Below are positions 37,756-48,792 of a stretch of 64,000 nt of DNA, one piece after another. The position numbers were made by a program, and so were the translations under genes. This DNA is from an uncultured Bacilli bacterium. Its GTDB lineage: Bacteria > Bacillota_I > Bacilli_A > RF39 > UBA660. The stretch lies in contig CAKPMX010000001.1 in assembly GCA_934168205.1 (NCBI GenBank), positions 4,799 to 68,798 on the forward strand, given 5' to 3'. A model generated the notes under the pieces. The model made no database searches and had not been told where the DNA came from. It saw only the letters and a list, made by a program, of their open reading frames with translations. Position 1 is the stretch's first letter, and each line of letters opens with the position of its first letter.

Positions 37756-39152
37756 AAATTTTCTCCTTTCATTTTTTTATTTTTAACAATAAATGTACCT
37801 AATAAAGATATTGAAATAATAGCCAAAGCTACACATAAAGCTGAAGATGTCTTAGGATTAGTAAGAATATTTTCTATTCTTTTCTCATAAATAACTTCAA
37901 TACTAACATCATCATCAGGCATTACAAATGTTCCATCATCACTAACTTCTATCTCCTTACCAGAACTATCTTTAACAACAATTCTCTTAACTACATAACC
38001 TGTTTTCTCTTTAGTCTTAACTGTAACAGTTTTACCAGGATAGGCGTCATTGATAACTTCAACATCACTATTTTTACTCTCAATTACTTTTTTAGGATAA
38101 GTAAACTTAGTAATATATCCCTTTTTATTAACTCTATCATAGCCAGTAACAATATATCCGTTAAATTCGCCAGTCTCATCATAACTTTCAGCTATAAAAG
38201 AAGGCTCATACGAAAGTTCCTTTTTCCATATCAAGTTTCCATCATAGTCATAACTTGTAAAAGCATAACCAAAATCATCAAAATAAAGCCCCATTAAAAT
38301 ACCAACAGGCGTACCATCAGATAACTTATTATTAATAACAGCACTTGGAAAGAAATCAAAGTCAAGATTTCTTTCAAATGTTTTTATACCAGTAATATCA
38401 AATTTTAACATTTTTGATTTCACATCTGAAGTATAAAATAATCCACCAACGACCACAACAATAAGTTCATTGTCATGCACTAACATATTAGTTGAATTTC
38501 TGTCACCAATACTTTCACAATTAATTTCGGTTCCTGACAAAATATTATTGGCACAAACATAGCAAGAGCCATGATTACCATATTTAGCATAAAATTCAAT
38601 AGACTGATTTGCAACATTTAAAAATCTATAAGACCCATTGTCATAATTTTTAGACCAAAGAACATTACCATTCAAATCATACTTGATTATATAATTTCCA
38701 GGTATCAAAAAAGAATATTTAGAATTGGCAGCAAAATGCATTAAATAACCATCAACAGTACCAGAATCATTGTAACTATAAAAATATCTATAAATATATC
38801 CATTAACTTTTTTTTGCCAAAGGACTTCATTAGTATCAGGATTTATTCTTTTTATTAAAAAATCATTACTATTTATAGTAACATCCAAATCTTTAACTGT
38901 AATATTAAATTTATCCCAAATATTTTTATTATCCAAATCATATTTTCTATAGATTTTTCTATCTTTAGAATAAAGAATATATCCATCTACATTACCAGAA
39001 TCATCATAACTAGTCATAGAATAAATATCACTATAAAAATCAAGTAAATCAAAACTAGTCTCAAAACTCTTCTCTAACTCCGATGCATTTACACTCACTG
39101 GCAAAACTAAACATAATGAAATAATTAAAGCTAGAACAAACTTCTTCATCAT
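37752..39152 (-). CDS. Cell-surface protein with a beta-propeller-like repeat region, a C-terminal Ig-like repeat and a TM anchor
   Basis: Signal peptide, repeated YD/WxK motifs, an Ig-like module (VEVINDAYPGKTVTVKTKEKTGYVVKRIVV) and a C-terminal TM helix. Confidence 0.45.
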   Translation of the reverse strand: MMKKFVLALIISLCLVLPVSVNASELEKSFETSFDLLDFYSDIYSMTSYDDSGNVDGYILYSKDRKIYRKYDLDNKNIWDKFNITVKDLDVTINSNDFLIKRINPDTNEVLWQKKVNGYIYRYFYSYNDSGTVDGYLMHFAANSKYSFLIPGNYIIKYDLNGNVLWSKNYDNGSYRFLNVANQSIEFYAKYGNHGSCYVCANNILSGTEINCESIGDRNSTNMLVHDNELIVVVVGGLFYTSDVKSKMLKFDITGIKTFERNLDFDFFPSAVINNKLSDGTPVGILMGLYFDDFGYAFTSYDYDGNLIWKKELSYEPSFIAESYDETGEFNGYIVTGYDRVNKKGYITKFTYPKKVIESKNSDVEVINDAYPGKTVTVKTKEKTGYVVKRIVVKDSSGKEIEVSDDGTFVMPDDDVSIEVIYEKRIENILTNPKTSSALCVALAIISISLLGTFIVKNKKMKGENL

Positions 39153-39217
39153 ATCACATCCTACTCTAAAAAAATTATAACATACAAAATAAAATTTTAC
39201 ACAAAAAAGAAGGATAA

Positions 39218-41329
39218 TTACTTATCCTCCGTTTGAAGAACATATTGATCATTTTTATAATCAACAAAAACTGTATTATTAGGTTTAACTTTACCTTCAA
39301 TAATCATTCTAGCAAGCAATGTCTCAATAGTACGACTTACTAATCTTTTTAAAGGTCTAGCTCCATAATTAATATCATAACCTTCTTCTATTAATTGACT
39401 TCTTGCTTTATCACTTAAAGCTATTTTTATATTAACATCGCTTAAACGTTTTTCAATATCAGCAAGTATTTTATCAAGTATAGAGTTAATTGCTTCTTTT
39501 GACAATGGATCAAATACAATAATTTCATCAATTCTGTTAATGAACTCTGGTCTAAAATAACTTCTAACTTCATCCATTACTTTAGAAGAATCTCCATTTA
39601 AAATATGTTCACTACCCAAATTAGATGTCATTATAATAATTGTATTTTTAAAGTCAACTGTACGACCATTAGAATCAGTAATTCTACCATCATCTAGTAC
39701 TTGTAAAAGTAAGTTTAAAACTTCTGGATGAGCTTTTTCAATTTCATCAAATAAAACTATACTATATGGATTACGTCTAACAGCTTCTGTTAATTGTCCT
39801 CCTTCTTCATATCCAACATATCCTGGAGGAGAACCAATTAATCTAGACACACTAAACTTCTCCATATATTCACTCATATCAATTCTAATCATATGAGACT
39901 CATCATCAAATAACTCATAAGCTAAAGTTCTTGCTATTTCTGTTTTACCAACACCAGTAGGCCCTAAAAACATAAATGACGCTATTGGTCTATTAGGATC
40001 TTTTATACCAGCACGTGACTTAATAATTGCATCACTTACAAGTTTTATAGCTTTGTCTTGACCCTTGACACGTTTTTTCATATTTTCATCTAACGCTAAA
40101 AGCTTTTCTTTTTCACTACTTACAAGTTTCGCAACTGGAATATTAGTCCATTTAGCAATAACACCTGCTATATCATCACTAGTAACAGTATCACTTAATA
40201 TTTTATTTTTCTCTGTATTATTTAACTCTTCCAACTCTTTTTCAAGTCTTGGAATTTCACCATGTCTAAGTACTGCCGCTCTTTCCAAGTCATATTTATT
40301 TTCAGCTTGATCAAGTTCAAACTTAGCTTCTTCTATCTCAGCTTTTTTCTTCTTAATATCACTATTTAAGTTCTTTTCTTTATTCCAAGCCTCAGTTAAT
40401 TCTTTTTCTTTTAATTGTAATTTTTCAACTTCAGCATCAATTTCTTCTCTACGTTTCTTAGAAATTTCATCTTTTTCTTTTTTTATAGCTTCTCTTTCTA
40501 TTTGTAAACGCATAATTTTATGAGTCAAATTATCCAAATTAACTGGAACTGAATCCATTTGTACTCTAATAGTAGCACAAGCTTCATCTACTAAATCAAT
40601 TGCCTTATCTGGCAAATAACGATCTGTAATATAACGATTAGATAAAGTAGCAGCAGAAACTAAAGCCTTATCTTGAATAGAAACACCATGATGTATTTCA
40701 AATCTTTCTTTCAAACCACGTAAAATCGTAATAGTATCCTCAACTGTAGGTTCAGACACTTTAATCTTTTGAAAACGTCTTTCTAGTGCACCATCTTTTT
40801 CAATATATTGACGATACTCATTTAAAGTAGTAGCACCAATTACATGAATTTCTCCACGAGCAAGCATAGGTTTCAAAATATTAGAAGTATCCATTGCTCC
40901 TTCAGTTCTACCAGTACCAACAATCATATGTATTTCATCAATAAACATGATTATATCGCCTTCGCTTTTTTTAACTTCGTTTAACACTTTCTTTAAACGT
41001 TCCTCAAATTCACCACGATATTTAGCACCAGCTACTAAAGCAGCCATATCAAGTTCCCATATAGTTTTATTCTTTAAACTAGAAGGAACATCTCCTTTAA
41101 TAATTCTTAAAGCAAGTCCTTCAACTATTGCTGTTTTACCAACACCTGGTTCACCTATTAAAACTGGATTGTTTTTTGTTTTTCTTGATAATACTCTAGT
41201 GATACTACGTATTTCTTCATCTCTACCAATAACTGGATCAATTTTACCCTTTTTAGCGGCTTCAGTTATATCACGACCATATTTTTCTAATACATTTTCG
41301 TCTTGTTCTTCTTGATAATTATTATACAT
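39218..41329 (-). CDS. clpB: ClpB-type AAA+ disaggregase lacking the N-terminal substrate-binding domain (D1, coiled-coil M-domain, D2)
   Basis: Two Walker A motifs ([18 protein letters not shown]) and a long coiled-coil M-domain. The protein starts right at the D1 region, and an RBS plus the promoter and operator lie immediately upstream, so no N-domain can be encoded there. Confidence 0.85.
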   Translation of the reverse strand: MYNNYQEEQDENVLEKYGRDITEAAKKGKIDPVIGRDEEIRSITRVLSRKTKNNPVLIGEPGVGKTAIVEGLALRIIKGDVPSSLKNKTIWELDMAALVAGAKYRGEFEERLKKVLNEVKKSEGDIIMFIDEIHMIVGTGRTEGAMDTSNILKPMLARGEIHVIGATTLNEYRQYIEKDGALERRFQKIKVSEPTVEDTITILRGLKERFEIHHGVSIQDKALVSAATLSNRYITDRYLPDKAIDLVDEACATIRVQMDSVPVNLDNLTHKIMRLQIEREAIKKEKDEISKKRREEIDAEVEKLQLKEKELTEAWNKEKNLNSDIKKKKAEIEEAKFELDQAENKYDLERAAVLRHGEIPRLEKELEELNNTEKNKILSDTVTSDDIAGVIAKWTNIPVAKLVSSEKEKLLALDENMKKRVKGQDKAIKLVSDAIIKSRAGIKDPNRPIASFMFLGPTGVGKTEIARTLAYELFDDESHMIRIDMSEYMEKFSVSRLIGSPPGYVGYEEGGQLTEAVRRNPYSIVLFDEIEKAHPEVLNLLLQVLDDGRITDSNGRTVDFKNTIIIMTSNLGSEHILNGDSSKVMDEVRSYFRPEFINRIDEIIVFDPLSKEAINSILDKILADIEKRLSDVNIKIALSDKARSQLIEEGYDINYGARPLKRLVSRTIETLLARMIIEGKVKPNNTVFVDYKNDQYVLQTEDK

Positions 41330-41352
41330 ATTCTATCACCTCTTCGATACTT

Positions 41353-41394
41353 ATTTTACACCAATTTTTAGCACTTGTCAATATAGAGTGCTAA
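41353..41394 (-). promoter_or_regulatory. SigA-type promoter TTGACA-N17-TAAAAT with a CIRCE element (TTAGCACTC-N9-AAGTGCTAA) overlapping the -35 box; clpB promoter and operator
   Basis: Read directly. The left arm matches the CIRCE consensus exactly and the right arm differs at one position. It lies 39 nt upstream of the clpB start. Confidence 0.65.
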
Positions 41395-41434
41395 TAATTA
41401 AAAATAATAAAACGTAAGTTGTCTTACGCCATAT

Positions 41435-43006
41435 TTATTCATCAGTTTTAACTAATTCTTTATACTCTCCAACAGTACTTTTATTACTACCATCACTTCT
41501 AATCTCATCCATTACTCTACTTTGCCAATTACCTCTATGAATTACTCTTTTACATTGTCCACTTTCAATTAATTCTCTCTTACTTAATTGTGATAACCTA
41601 TGGAAATCATCTGAATCCATAATATATATTGCATCCCCTGTAGAAACCCTACCAGTATTAGCATTTTCAAAATACTTTTCTAATACTATTTTTCCATTAG
41701 AATGTACATAAGCAACATATCCATCAAAAGTATTTAATCCTCTAAGTGTACACACTGGATCAGAAGATTCATGAAAAGTCTTCTTCTCTAAATAAAGTTC
41801 AGTTAAATGTTCACGATAGCGAGCCTTTTCTTCTTCACTCATTTCTCTTGTTTTTCTACTAATACTATTAGTAAATGCTTCATCTAAAGTCTTACCATCA
41901 GGTATCATTTCCCAATTAGCAGATAAATCTTTTAAATAATCTTTCATAAATTCTTCTACTTCATTAGGACTCATAGTAGAAAAATCATAACTGTTAAGAG
42001 TTACTGTCTTTAACTCTGGATAATTAATTAATAATTGTTTATATCTTTCTTTTAATGACTTAGGTGTCACAACATAGCCGTCTTTATTAGGAATACCAGG
42101 TATAGTAGATTTAAATTCATCAACAACTATTTCTAAGTCACTATCAACTTTATCACCTAATCCTAAAAGATAATTAGAAACATAAAATAAATATCTTTGT
42201 TTAGACTCAGGAGATACGCTTTCTGCATATTGTAAATGTTGATGAGCAACATAAAGCTCAAATCTACTCATGTCTTCTTTATCTAAAGAAGATAAATCAA
42301 CTGGATGTTCACGTAAAAAATCCATAACATCATCAAGATTATCAATCATATATGCAAGTATATCTGCACAAGCATTAGCGTATATTGCCGGATTCAATTT
42401 AATATCAGCTAATTTTAAAAATCTATCTACACTTTTTTTATCACCAAGACTTGCTACTAAATCTTCTTGTAATAGTCTTTTTTGCGCAAAAGTAAGCTTT
42501 GGACTTGTCAAATATTCTTTAACTTCCTTAGCTCTTTTTTGATCTCTTAAAGCTCTCTCATATGCTTGATATATAAATGGGAAATTCTTAGACAATTTTT
42601 TATCAGTAGACACCATTCTCAAATTAGCAACAAACCTCTTACAACCAGTTTCTTCATCTAATAAGAAATCATTTAAATCCTCTCCATCTAAAAATCTACC
42701 ATCATGTTCTTTAGTAATATTTAAATTATAAATAATTGTAGAAACAATTGCTGTAACAGAAAAACATAACTTTTTACTAATATTTTCCTTATCCTGTACT
42801 ATACCTAAAGTTTGAAATATTTGCATATTTGGATAATAATCTACTTTACTAGCCAAAAAATCCATAAATTCTTCCAAAGATTTATTAAGAGCAATTTTTA
42901 TTCTTTTCTTATTACTACATAAATTTAAAAGATCTCTTGATAACAAAGTAACAGGTGTATTGACAGGTATACCTTTATTAATTACTTCATCTACATTTTC
43001 TAACAT
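41435..43006 (-). CDS. Hypothetical 523-aa cytoplasmic protein
   Basis: Long ORF with no recognisable motif. It ends in a hairpin terminator (cgtaagttgtcttacg) before the clpB promoter. Confidence 0.45.
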   Translation of the reverse strand: MLENVDEVINKGIPVNTPVTLLSRDLLNLCSNKKRIKIALNKSLEEFMDFLASKVDYYPNMQIFQTLGIVQDKENISKKLCFSVTAIVSTIIYNLNITKEHDGRFLDGEDLNDFLLDEETGCKRFVANLRMVSTDKKLSKNFPFIYQAYERALRDQKRAKEVKEYLTSPKLTFAQKRLLQEDLVASLGDKKSVDRFLKLADIKLNPAIYANACADILAYMIDNLDDVMDFLREHPVDLSSLDKEDMSRFELYVAHQHLQYAESVSPESKQRYLFYVSNYLLGLGDKVDSDLEIVVDEFKSTIPGIPNKDGYVVTPKSLKERYKQLLINYPELKTVTLNSYDFSTMSPNEVEEFMKDYLKDLSANWEMIPDGKTLDEAFTNSISRKTREMSEEEKARYREHLTELYLEKKTFHESSDPVCTLRGLNTFDGYVAYVHSNGKIVLEKYFENANTGRVSTGDAIYIMDSDDFHRLSQLSKRELIESGQCKRVIHRGNWQSRVMDEIRSDGSNKSTVGEYKELVKTDE

Positions 43007-43299
43007 AATTACACTTCCCTATAAGTACCAACTGGCTAAATATATTATCATAAAACTCAACAAAAGTCTAATAAAAAGACCAGAGTTCATCACTCTAGTC
43101 AATTAAATAATTTACACTCATAAAGATTATTAATCCGCTTCAATTACATACCTTATCTACGGACAGTTTTTTATTTTTTAATAAGTAATGATTTATACTA
43201 TTAACACAAAAAGTCTCTTATAATTAATAAAACGACCCTTTTATGCTACAATCAATATAGAATAAAAAACCCGAAAGTAGCGTAAGTCGTTTTATGAAT

Positions 43300-44530
43300 A
43301 AATTATATAATACACAAAAAACAATCACAAGCAAAATTGAACTTTTTTTTGCAAGAAAATATTTCCTGTTTACATAGACCTCAAGAAAAAATGATTCCTT
43401 CTATTATTTTTGGAATGATTATGAGCGAATCTGTTGTTACCCAAGATATTGCCAGAATTTTAAAAGATGATTTTTCTTTAGTTCAATTAGATTCCGTTTC
43501 TAGAAGAATTAGAAGACTCCTTAATAACAGTAGATTTGATGGCTACCTATTTTATAAAGAAACTATTACTCATGTTATTAACAATTATAAAATTAAACAT
43601 TCTTCTAACACAGTTCATCTAACAATTGATCACATGTATTCTAAGGAAAATTATACTGTACTTTTTGTCTCAATAAGAGTTGGCAAACAAGGAATTCCTA
43701 TTTATTTTGAATGTTTTAAAGGCATTAAAAATCCAGAAGCATTTTATGATAGAACCGTCATAAAAGCAATAGATTATGTTTTTGATTTATTTAAAAACAA
43801 AAATCTAAATATTATTTTTCTGGCTGATCGCTGGTTTTCCAAAAAAGTATTTGAACACATTGATAAGTTAGGAGCAACTTATTGTTTTAGACTTAAAAGC
43901 AATTTAAAAATTTCTGTTTATGATAAAAACGAAGGACATTATATAAGAAAATATACTGGTGATTTACTTTCTTGGAAACACCATTCTATTTACTATAATG
44001 ATGTCAATATGTATGAAGAATTAAATTATAAAACCAATATCGTGATTAGTAGAAAATGTTGTACTGACGAACCTTGGATCATTGCGACAAATGGTGAAGC
44101 AAAAGAATCTATTAGACACTATTCACACAGATTTGGCTCAATAGAAAGTGTTTTTAAAAATCAGAAATCAAATAGATTTTATCTAGAAGATATTTGCACT
44201 GCATCCTTAACTTCTTTCATTAATTTATACTCTTTAGTTTGTTTTTCAACGTTATTTTTAACTATTGTTGGAACAGATTATTCCAAAAATTCTAGATGTT
44301 ACAAAAATGTAAAAATTACAGCACATAAAACATATAAAAATAAAGGTAAAATAAGAGTTATGTCATTATTTAATACAGGACTAACATTCTTCAAATTAGC
44401 ATTTAATTCTTATAAATATATAAGGATTCCATTTAGATTAATTTTATACGACATATAATTTCATCAATTCATAATAAGCTTAAATTTCATTTATGAATGA
44501 AATCCTTTTTGTGTGTTCAAAATTTCAAAC
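43300..44530 (+). mobile_element. IS4-family insertion sequence; boundaries are approximate
   Basis: It carries a single DDE transposase gene. Short imperfect terminal matches appear (TACACAAAAA on the left, and TTTTTGTGTGTTC on the right, which gives GAACACACAAAAA when reverse-complemented). Confidence 0.5.
43337..44458 (+). CDS. IS4-family DDE transposase
   Basis: DDE residues (FLADRWF and others) and the C-terminal Y-x2-R-x3-E-x6-K motif (HYSHRFGSIESVFKNQK). Confidence 0.7.
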   Translation: MNFFLQENISCLHRPQEKMIPSIIFGMIMSESVVTQDIARILKDDFSLVQLDSVSRRIRRLLNNSRFDGYLFYKETITHVINNYKIKHSSNTVHLTIDHMYSKENYTVLFVSIRVGKQGIPIYFECFKGIKNPEAFYDRTVIKAIDYVFDLFKNKNLNIIFLADRWFSKKVFEHIDKLGATYCFRLKSNLKISVYDKNEGHYIRKYTGDLLSWKHHSIYYNDVNMYEELNYKTNIVISRKCCTDEPWIIATNGEAKESIRHYSHRFGSIESVFKNQKSNRFYLEDICTASLTSFINLYSLVCFSTLFLTIVGTDYSKNSRCYKNVKITAHKTYKNKGKIRVMSLFNTGLTFFKLAFNSYKYIRIPFRLILYDI

Positions 44531-44626
44531 AAAAAAATACAACCAGTAAATAGTATTGATTGGTCGTATTTTTTTGTCATTTTTTCCACGTCTTTTTCTT
44601 TATTTTCAATGGTTTATCAAAAACTG

Positions 44627-47600
44627 TCAGTCAGTGAGAATCACATAAGGATTACTAGACGTTCCATTTCCGGAAGAATACACGGTACCAGGAGCGAGTG
44701 AAATCGCAGGTCGAACACCTGAAGAACCGTTAAAATATAAGCTTATAGCACCTCCAGAATCAACAAAATAACCAGCTAAAAGTCCAAGATATTCTTGTGG
44801 AGACATTGTAAAAAATGGTTGGCCAGTATACAAATAATAATTAGAATTTGAAGATTCAGTACCCCCAGCCAACATTATTTCATCAATTGTCAATAAGCCA
44901 ATCGGATAATTCAAAGAGCCGTTTCCACCAGCACCAGTTGAGACTGTAAATCCATCTCTTTTTTGATTTGAACAAACAACACTCGGATTATGAGTATTGT
45001 GTATTCTATCATAAGTACTAAAATAAGAATAATTTTCCCCAGCATCAACATCTTTCCCAGCTAATGATCCTGCAGAAAAAGTCCTATCATTACACCAAGG
45101 AGTATCTTCCAATTTTTCCACATATGAAGCCATATTTACCTCATACCAAGAATCTATTTTGTTTTTTATTGTAGAAGATTCAACATTAGAAAACATATCA
45201 TCAATAGCAGTTTCAATATTCTTACCGTCATCTAATATAAGATACTCAATATAATCACTTTCATAGAAACCTAATATATAATATACCTGTGAACACTTAC
45301 CCGTCTTATTAAAACAAGTATAATGATATTTTTTAGCAACATCTAATCTATCACTTGTCCAATAAGAAGAAGAAAAAGTATCTTTTAAAGTATATGTTGT
45401 TCCATCCCAAGAAACATCATTTCCATATAAATAATTATAAGTAAAATCATAATGTAATTCATAATTAGAAGTTGAGGTAACAATTATCTTATTATCACAA
45501 ACTGTACTAGTCAAATCAGAACAGATATAATATCCTTTATACTTACTATAATCATTATACCAATTTTTTTTAGCTATAGTCACAGTATTTTTTAAAGTGT
45601 ATGTACCATCACTATTTTCTGTTGCATTTTTACCCAAGGTTATTGTTTGAGAACTCACAGAAGTTACGCCGTTTCTCAAATCTAAGTAATATTGATAACT
45701 ACTATCTCCTCCTACTATATAATAAGCACGCGAACAAGTAGTAGAAAAATTATTACATGTATAATATCCAGCCAGACTACTATAACTATCAGGCCAATTT
45801 TTTTGCGAAGTATTATTTAACGTATACGTTCCATTAGAATAGCTAATTGAAGTTCCATAATAATAATATCCCGTTCCCATCCGTTTTTTCTCAAAAATAG
45901 TAGAAACTAATTCCCTATAATAATACCTATATATTGCATCATACATATACCCAGAATAAGCAACAGAATCAAATTTTGGATTAAATTCACTCGTACCAAT
46001 TTGGCTTTTACTTCCAGTATTATTGCATTTCTTTATAGTGTTGCCAGTTGCTTTACCTATTGAAAAAGTTACAGAATCAGTACCAGAAGAATTAGAACTA
46101 TCCTTTGTATACTTAACCATAATAACATTGCTAGACGTTAAACTACCTAAAGATATTGTACCAGAAGTAGTACCAGAATATACACCTATTTCAGTTCCAT
46201 CTTTATAGAAATAAGCTTTATCGTAATTGGCTTCAGACGATACAGAATAAGATAATATATATGTTCCATCTTCAACTACTGAAAATGATATCGTACCTGT
46301 TTTAGAATTTGTTTTATTAGTACTTGTCCATTCATTAGTTGCACTATTATATGAATACGGATATGTAGAATCATTTGAAACTTTTGTATAATCATCTCTC
46401 ATTATTGTAACTGATTCATTAATGTCTTCTGCTGTACCATTATATATCAATTTTACACCACCAGTTGATGTTGTTCTTACCATTTTCCAACAAAGCCCTG
46501 CAAAATATACATTATTATTACTAACACTTCCTCGATAATAATAAACAGGATATTCATCATTTTCTGTACCTTTTCTAGTATAAATTCCAGAATTAGCTGA
46601 AGTTGGCGAAGTACTAAAGTCAACATTTGTATCCAATCCAATCGAATCATTAGCAATTAAAGTATACAAAGATTTTCCTTTATGTACTGTTCCATCCATT
46701 GATTTTGTAATACTTAGCTTTTTCCAAGTAGCTCTTAAAGTTACATTTTTCTCGGGCATTATAAATGTATCTTCATTTACTTCTTTTACTCCTGCTGTAA
46801 CTATTTTCCAACCTTGAAATTGATATCCTGCACATACTGGTATAGTATTTTCTTTTTGTACTGTATCAAAGACAAAGTAATTACTTGTACCTGGCACATT
46901 AGAAACAACACATCCTGCTGGAGTATTTCCTTCATATATAACTGTATATTTATCTTTTAATATAGTTGTTTTTGTCGTAGATTCTGTTGTAGATATATTA
47001 CCTATTTTATAAGTAATATCTGTCTTTGTATGTGTTGGATATATTCCTCCTACTCCAATTAAATCATTATTAAAATTAATATCTATTGTTAATATTGCGT
47101 CTGTTCCTGATTTTAATCCTGATAAATCCCAGATAACTTTATTACTTTGAGTAGTAGCTTCGCCAAACGTCGTATTAATATCTGTTATATTATTTAGATT
47201 AAAATAATTAGTATCTACGTAATCAGTTAAAGTAAACTCATCATAAGTAGCAGTAGTTAAAGATGCTTTATATAAAAACTCATTTAAGTTATCTTTATTA
47301 GCTAAATACTGAGTATCTGTTATATTCTTAATACCAGTTAATACTGTGTCCCCTAGTTCATACTGTATACCAGATATATCTAAATAGTTATATTTACTCT
47401 TTAAGTATTTATATTGTGATACTTCATTAGGTGTATCAATTGTAGGAAGACCATCTGTTAAGAATAATACTACACAGTCTCTATTAGACTCTTTATTGTA
47501 TGTACTTAGTACATCATCTACTTTAATTAAGGCTTGATAATAATTTGTTTCTCCTGATACTGTTAAATTATTTATACTTTTTTGTAATAAAGTTGTATCA

Positions 47601-48070
47601 TTTGTAAAATCATTTATTACAGTAGCACTATCATTAAAAGTAATTAAAGCTATCTTATTACCTTTTGGTATAGTATCATTAATAAGTTCATTAACATCAT
47701 TTTGTACTTGTGTTAACTTACTACCTAACATACTACCAGATGTATCTAATACTAATATAACATCAGTGTAATCTGCTCTTTTCTTTTTAAGTGTATCTAC
47801 TTTTATATTTATTCTAGCTTTATTTTTACTTAGCCAGTAAGCAGACTTTGTATATTGCCAAGCACCTTCTTCTTTATTAAGATAAGACAATGTAGTTGAA
47901 GGTACTGTTATACTTGGAGTTGGAGTTAAAGCAGCAAATGAATAAGATATAAATACTATTAAAAGCCCTATTAAAACAATAGAGCTTATTATATATTTTT
48001 TATTACTTAAAAGTTTGGCACAATTAAAACGTTTAATTTGTTGAAAAGACTTTATAAATTTCTTTTTCAT
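44627..48070 (-). CDS. Giant cell-surface protein: signal anchor, VWA domain, a Listeria-Bacteroides (Flg_new) repeat, and three roughly 60-aa Cys-containing Tyr-rich repeats
   Basis: VWA MIDAS-like DTSGSM. Flg_new repeat: YTVIYEGNTP...GYQFQGWKI...VTLRATWKK. Three copies of GTYTLKNT...KNW...YYxC...C..YYI. C-terminal GVRPAISLAPG. Confidence 0.7.
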   Translation of the reverse strand: MKKKFIKSFQQIKRFNCAKLLSNKKYIISSIVLIGLLIVFISYSFAALTPTPSITVPSTTLSYLNKEEGAWQYTKSAYWLSKNKARINIKVDTLKKKRADYTDVILVLDTSGSMLGSKLTQVQNDVNELINDTIPKGNKIALITFNDSATVINDFTNDTTLLQKSINNLTVSGETNYYQALIKVDDVLSTYNKESNRDCVVLFLTDGLPTIDTPNEVSQYKYLKSKYNYLDISGIQYELGDTVLTGIKNITDTQYLANKDNLNEFLYKASLTTATYDEFTLTDYVDTNYFNLNNITDINTTFGEATTQSNKVIWDLSGLKSGTDAILTIDINFNNDLIGVGGIYPTHTKTDITYKIGNISTTESTTKTTILKDKYTVIYEGNTPAGCVVSNVPGTSNYFVFDTVQKENTIPVCAGYQFQGWKIVTAGVKEVNEDTFIMPEKNVTLRATWKKLSITKSMDGTVHKGKSLYTLIANDSIGLDTNVDFSTSPTSANSGIYTRKGTENDEYPVYYYRGSVSNNNVYFAGLCWKMVRTTSTGGVKLIYNGTAEDINESVTIMRDDYTKVSNDSTYPYSYNSATNEWTSTNKTNSKTGTISFSVVEDGTYILSYSVSSEANYDKAYFYKDGTEIGVYSGTTSGTISLGSLTSSNVIMVKYTKDSSNSSGTDSVTFSIGKATGNTIKKCNNTGSKSQIGTSEFNPKFDSVAYSGYMYDAIYRYYYRELVSTIFEKKRMGTGYYYYGTSISYSNGTYTLNNTSQKNWPDSYSSLAGYYTCNNFSTTCSRAYYIVGGDSSYQYYLDLRNGVTSVSSQTITLGKNATENSDGTYTLKNTVTIAKKNWYNDYSKYKGYYICSDLTSTVCDNKIIVTSTSNYELHYDFTYNYLYGNDVSWDGTTYTLKDTFSSSYWTSDRLDVAKKYHYTCFNKTGKCSQVYYILGFYESDYIEYLILDDGKNIETAIDDMFSNVESSTIKNKIDSWYEVNMASYVEKLEDTPWCNDRTFSAGSLAGKDVDAGENYSYFSTYDRIHNTHNPSVVCSNQKRDGFTVSTGAGGNGSLNYPIGLLTIDEIMLAGGTESSNSNYYLYTGQPFFTMSPQEYLGLLAGYFVDSGGAISLYFNGSSGVRPAISLAPGTVYSSGNGTSSNPYVILTD

Positions 48071-48155
48071 TACACATCACCAAACTTTATCTATTTTTTA
48101 CATTTTAAGTATATCAATCATTTACAATATTTACAAGTTTCAAAATAAAAACTAA

Positions 48156-48728
48156 TTATCCAATATATTTTCTATATAATTCTTTTAAATTCTTTTTATT
48201 AATTACTTTCTTAACACCTTCAGAACTTATATCTGTAAAAATCTTCGTTAATAAGAAATCTAACTTTGGATTAATTTTACATTCTTCTCTTTTATTCATC
48301 CAATAATTAAGTTCATATTCATTACTCCATTTTTTACCTTGATAAGTCATACCTGCAGCTAACATATCACACACCATTTCAACAAAATAACTATAAGGAA
48401 TTATTGGCGTTTTCTCTGGTGCTACATAATCATACCAATATTCATGATGATGTTTGTTTCTTCCTTTATGATGTAACCAGGCTTTAGAGTAACCATTTAC
48501 TTTCTTGCAAACCATAATAGGACTACGATCACCTACAAAGTATCTTACACTTTCAAAAAATTCTGTAAATGAATATTTTGACAAATCATGTGTTAAACCT
48601 CTCCAAACAACACCAGCTCTACAACATAAACAAAATACTTTAAACCTATGTTTATTAACAACATGTAAATGCCCAAAAAACTTACGTACTGTAATTTTAT
48701 ATTTATTATTTTTCTTCTTTTTTTTCAT
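48156..48728 (-). CDS. Hypothetical basic, His-rich protein
   Basis: 190-aa ORF that includes HHKGRNKHHHEYW. Confidence 0.4.
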   Translation of the reverse strand: MKKKKKNNKYKITVRKFFGHLHVVNKHRFKVFCLCCRAGVVWRGLTHDLSKYSFTEFFESVRYFVGDRSPIMVCKKVNGYSKAWLHHKGRNKHHHEYWYDYVAPEKTPIIPYSYFVEMVCDMLAAGMTYQGKKWSNEYELNYWMNKREECKINPKLDFLLTKIFTDISSEGVKKVINKKNLKELYRKYIG

Positions 48729-48792
48729 ACTTCCACCTTCAATGATTATAACATACGAAAAGAGAATTTTTAATCAATTCTCTTACTTTTTA

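Noticed and set aside
39218-41329. Possibility that the N-less ClpB is an artefact of a mis-called start or frameshift
   Set aside because: A promoter, a CIRCE operator and an RBS sit directly upstream, and beyond them is the previous gene's terminator. No upstream coding capacity exists in any frame.
44513-44701. 62-aa plus-strand ORF at the right edge of the IS element
   Set aside because: It overlaps the 3' end of the 1147-aa VWA gene on the opposite strand. There is no RBS, so it is probably spurious.
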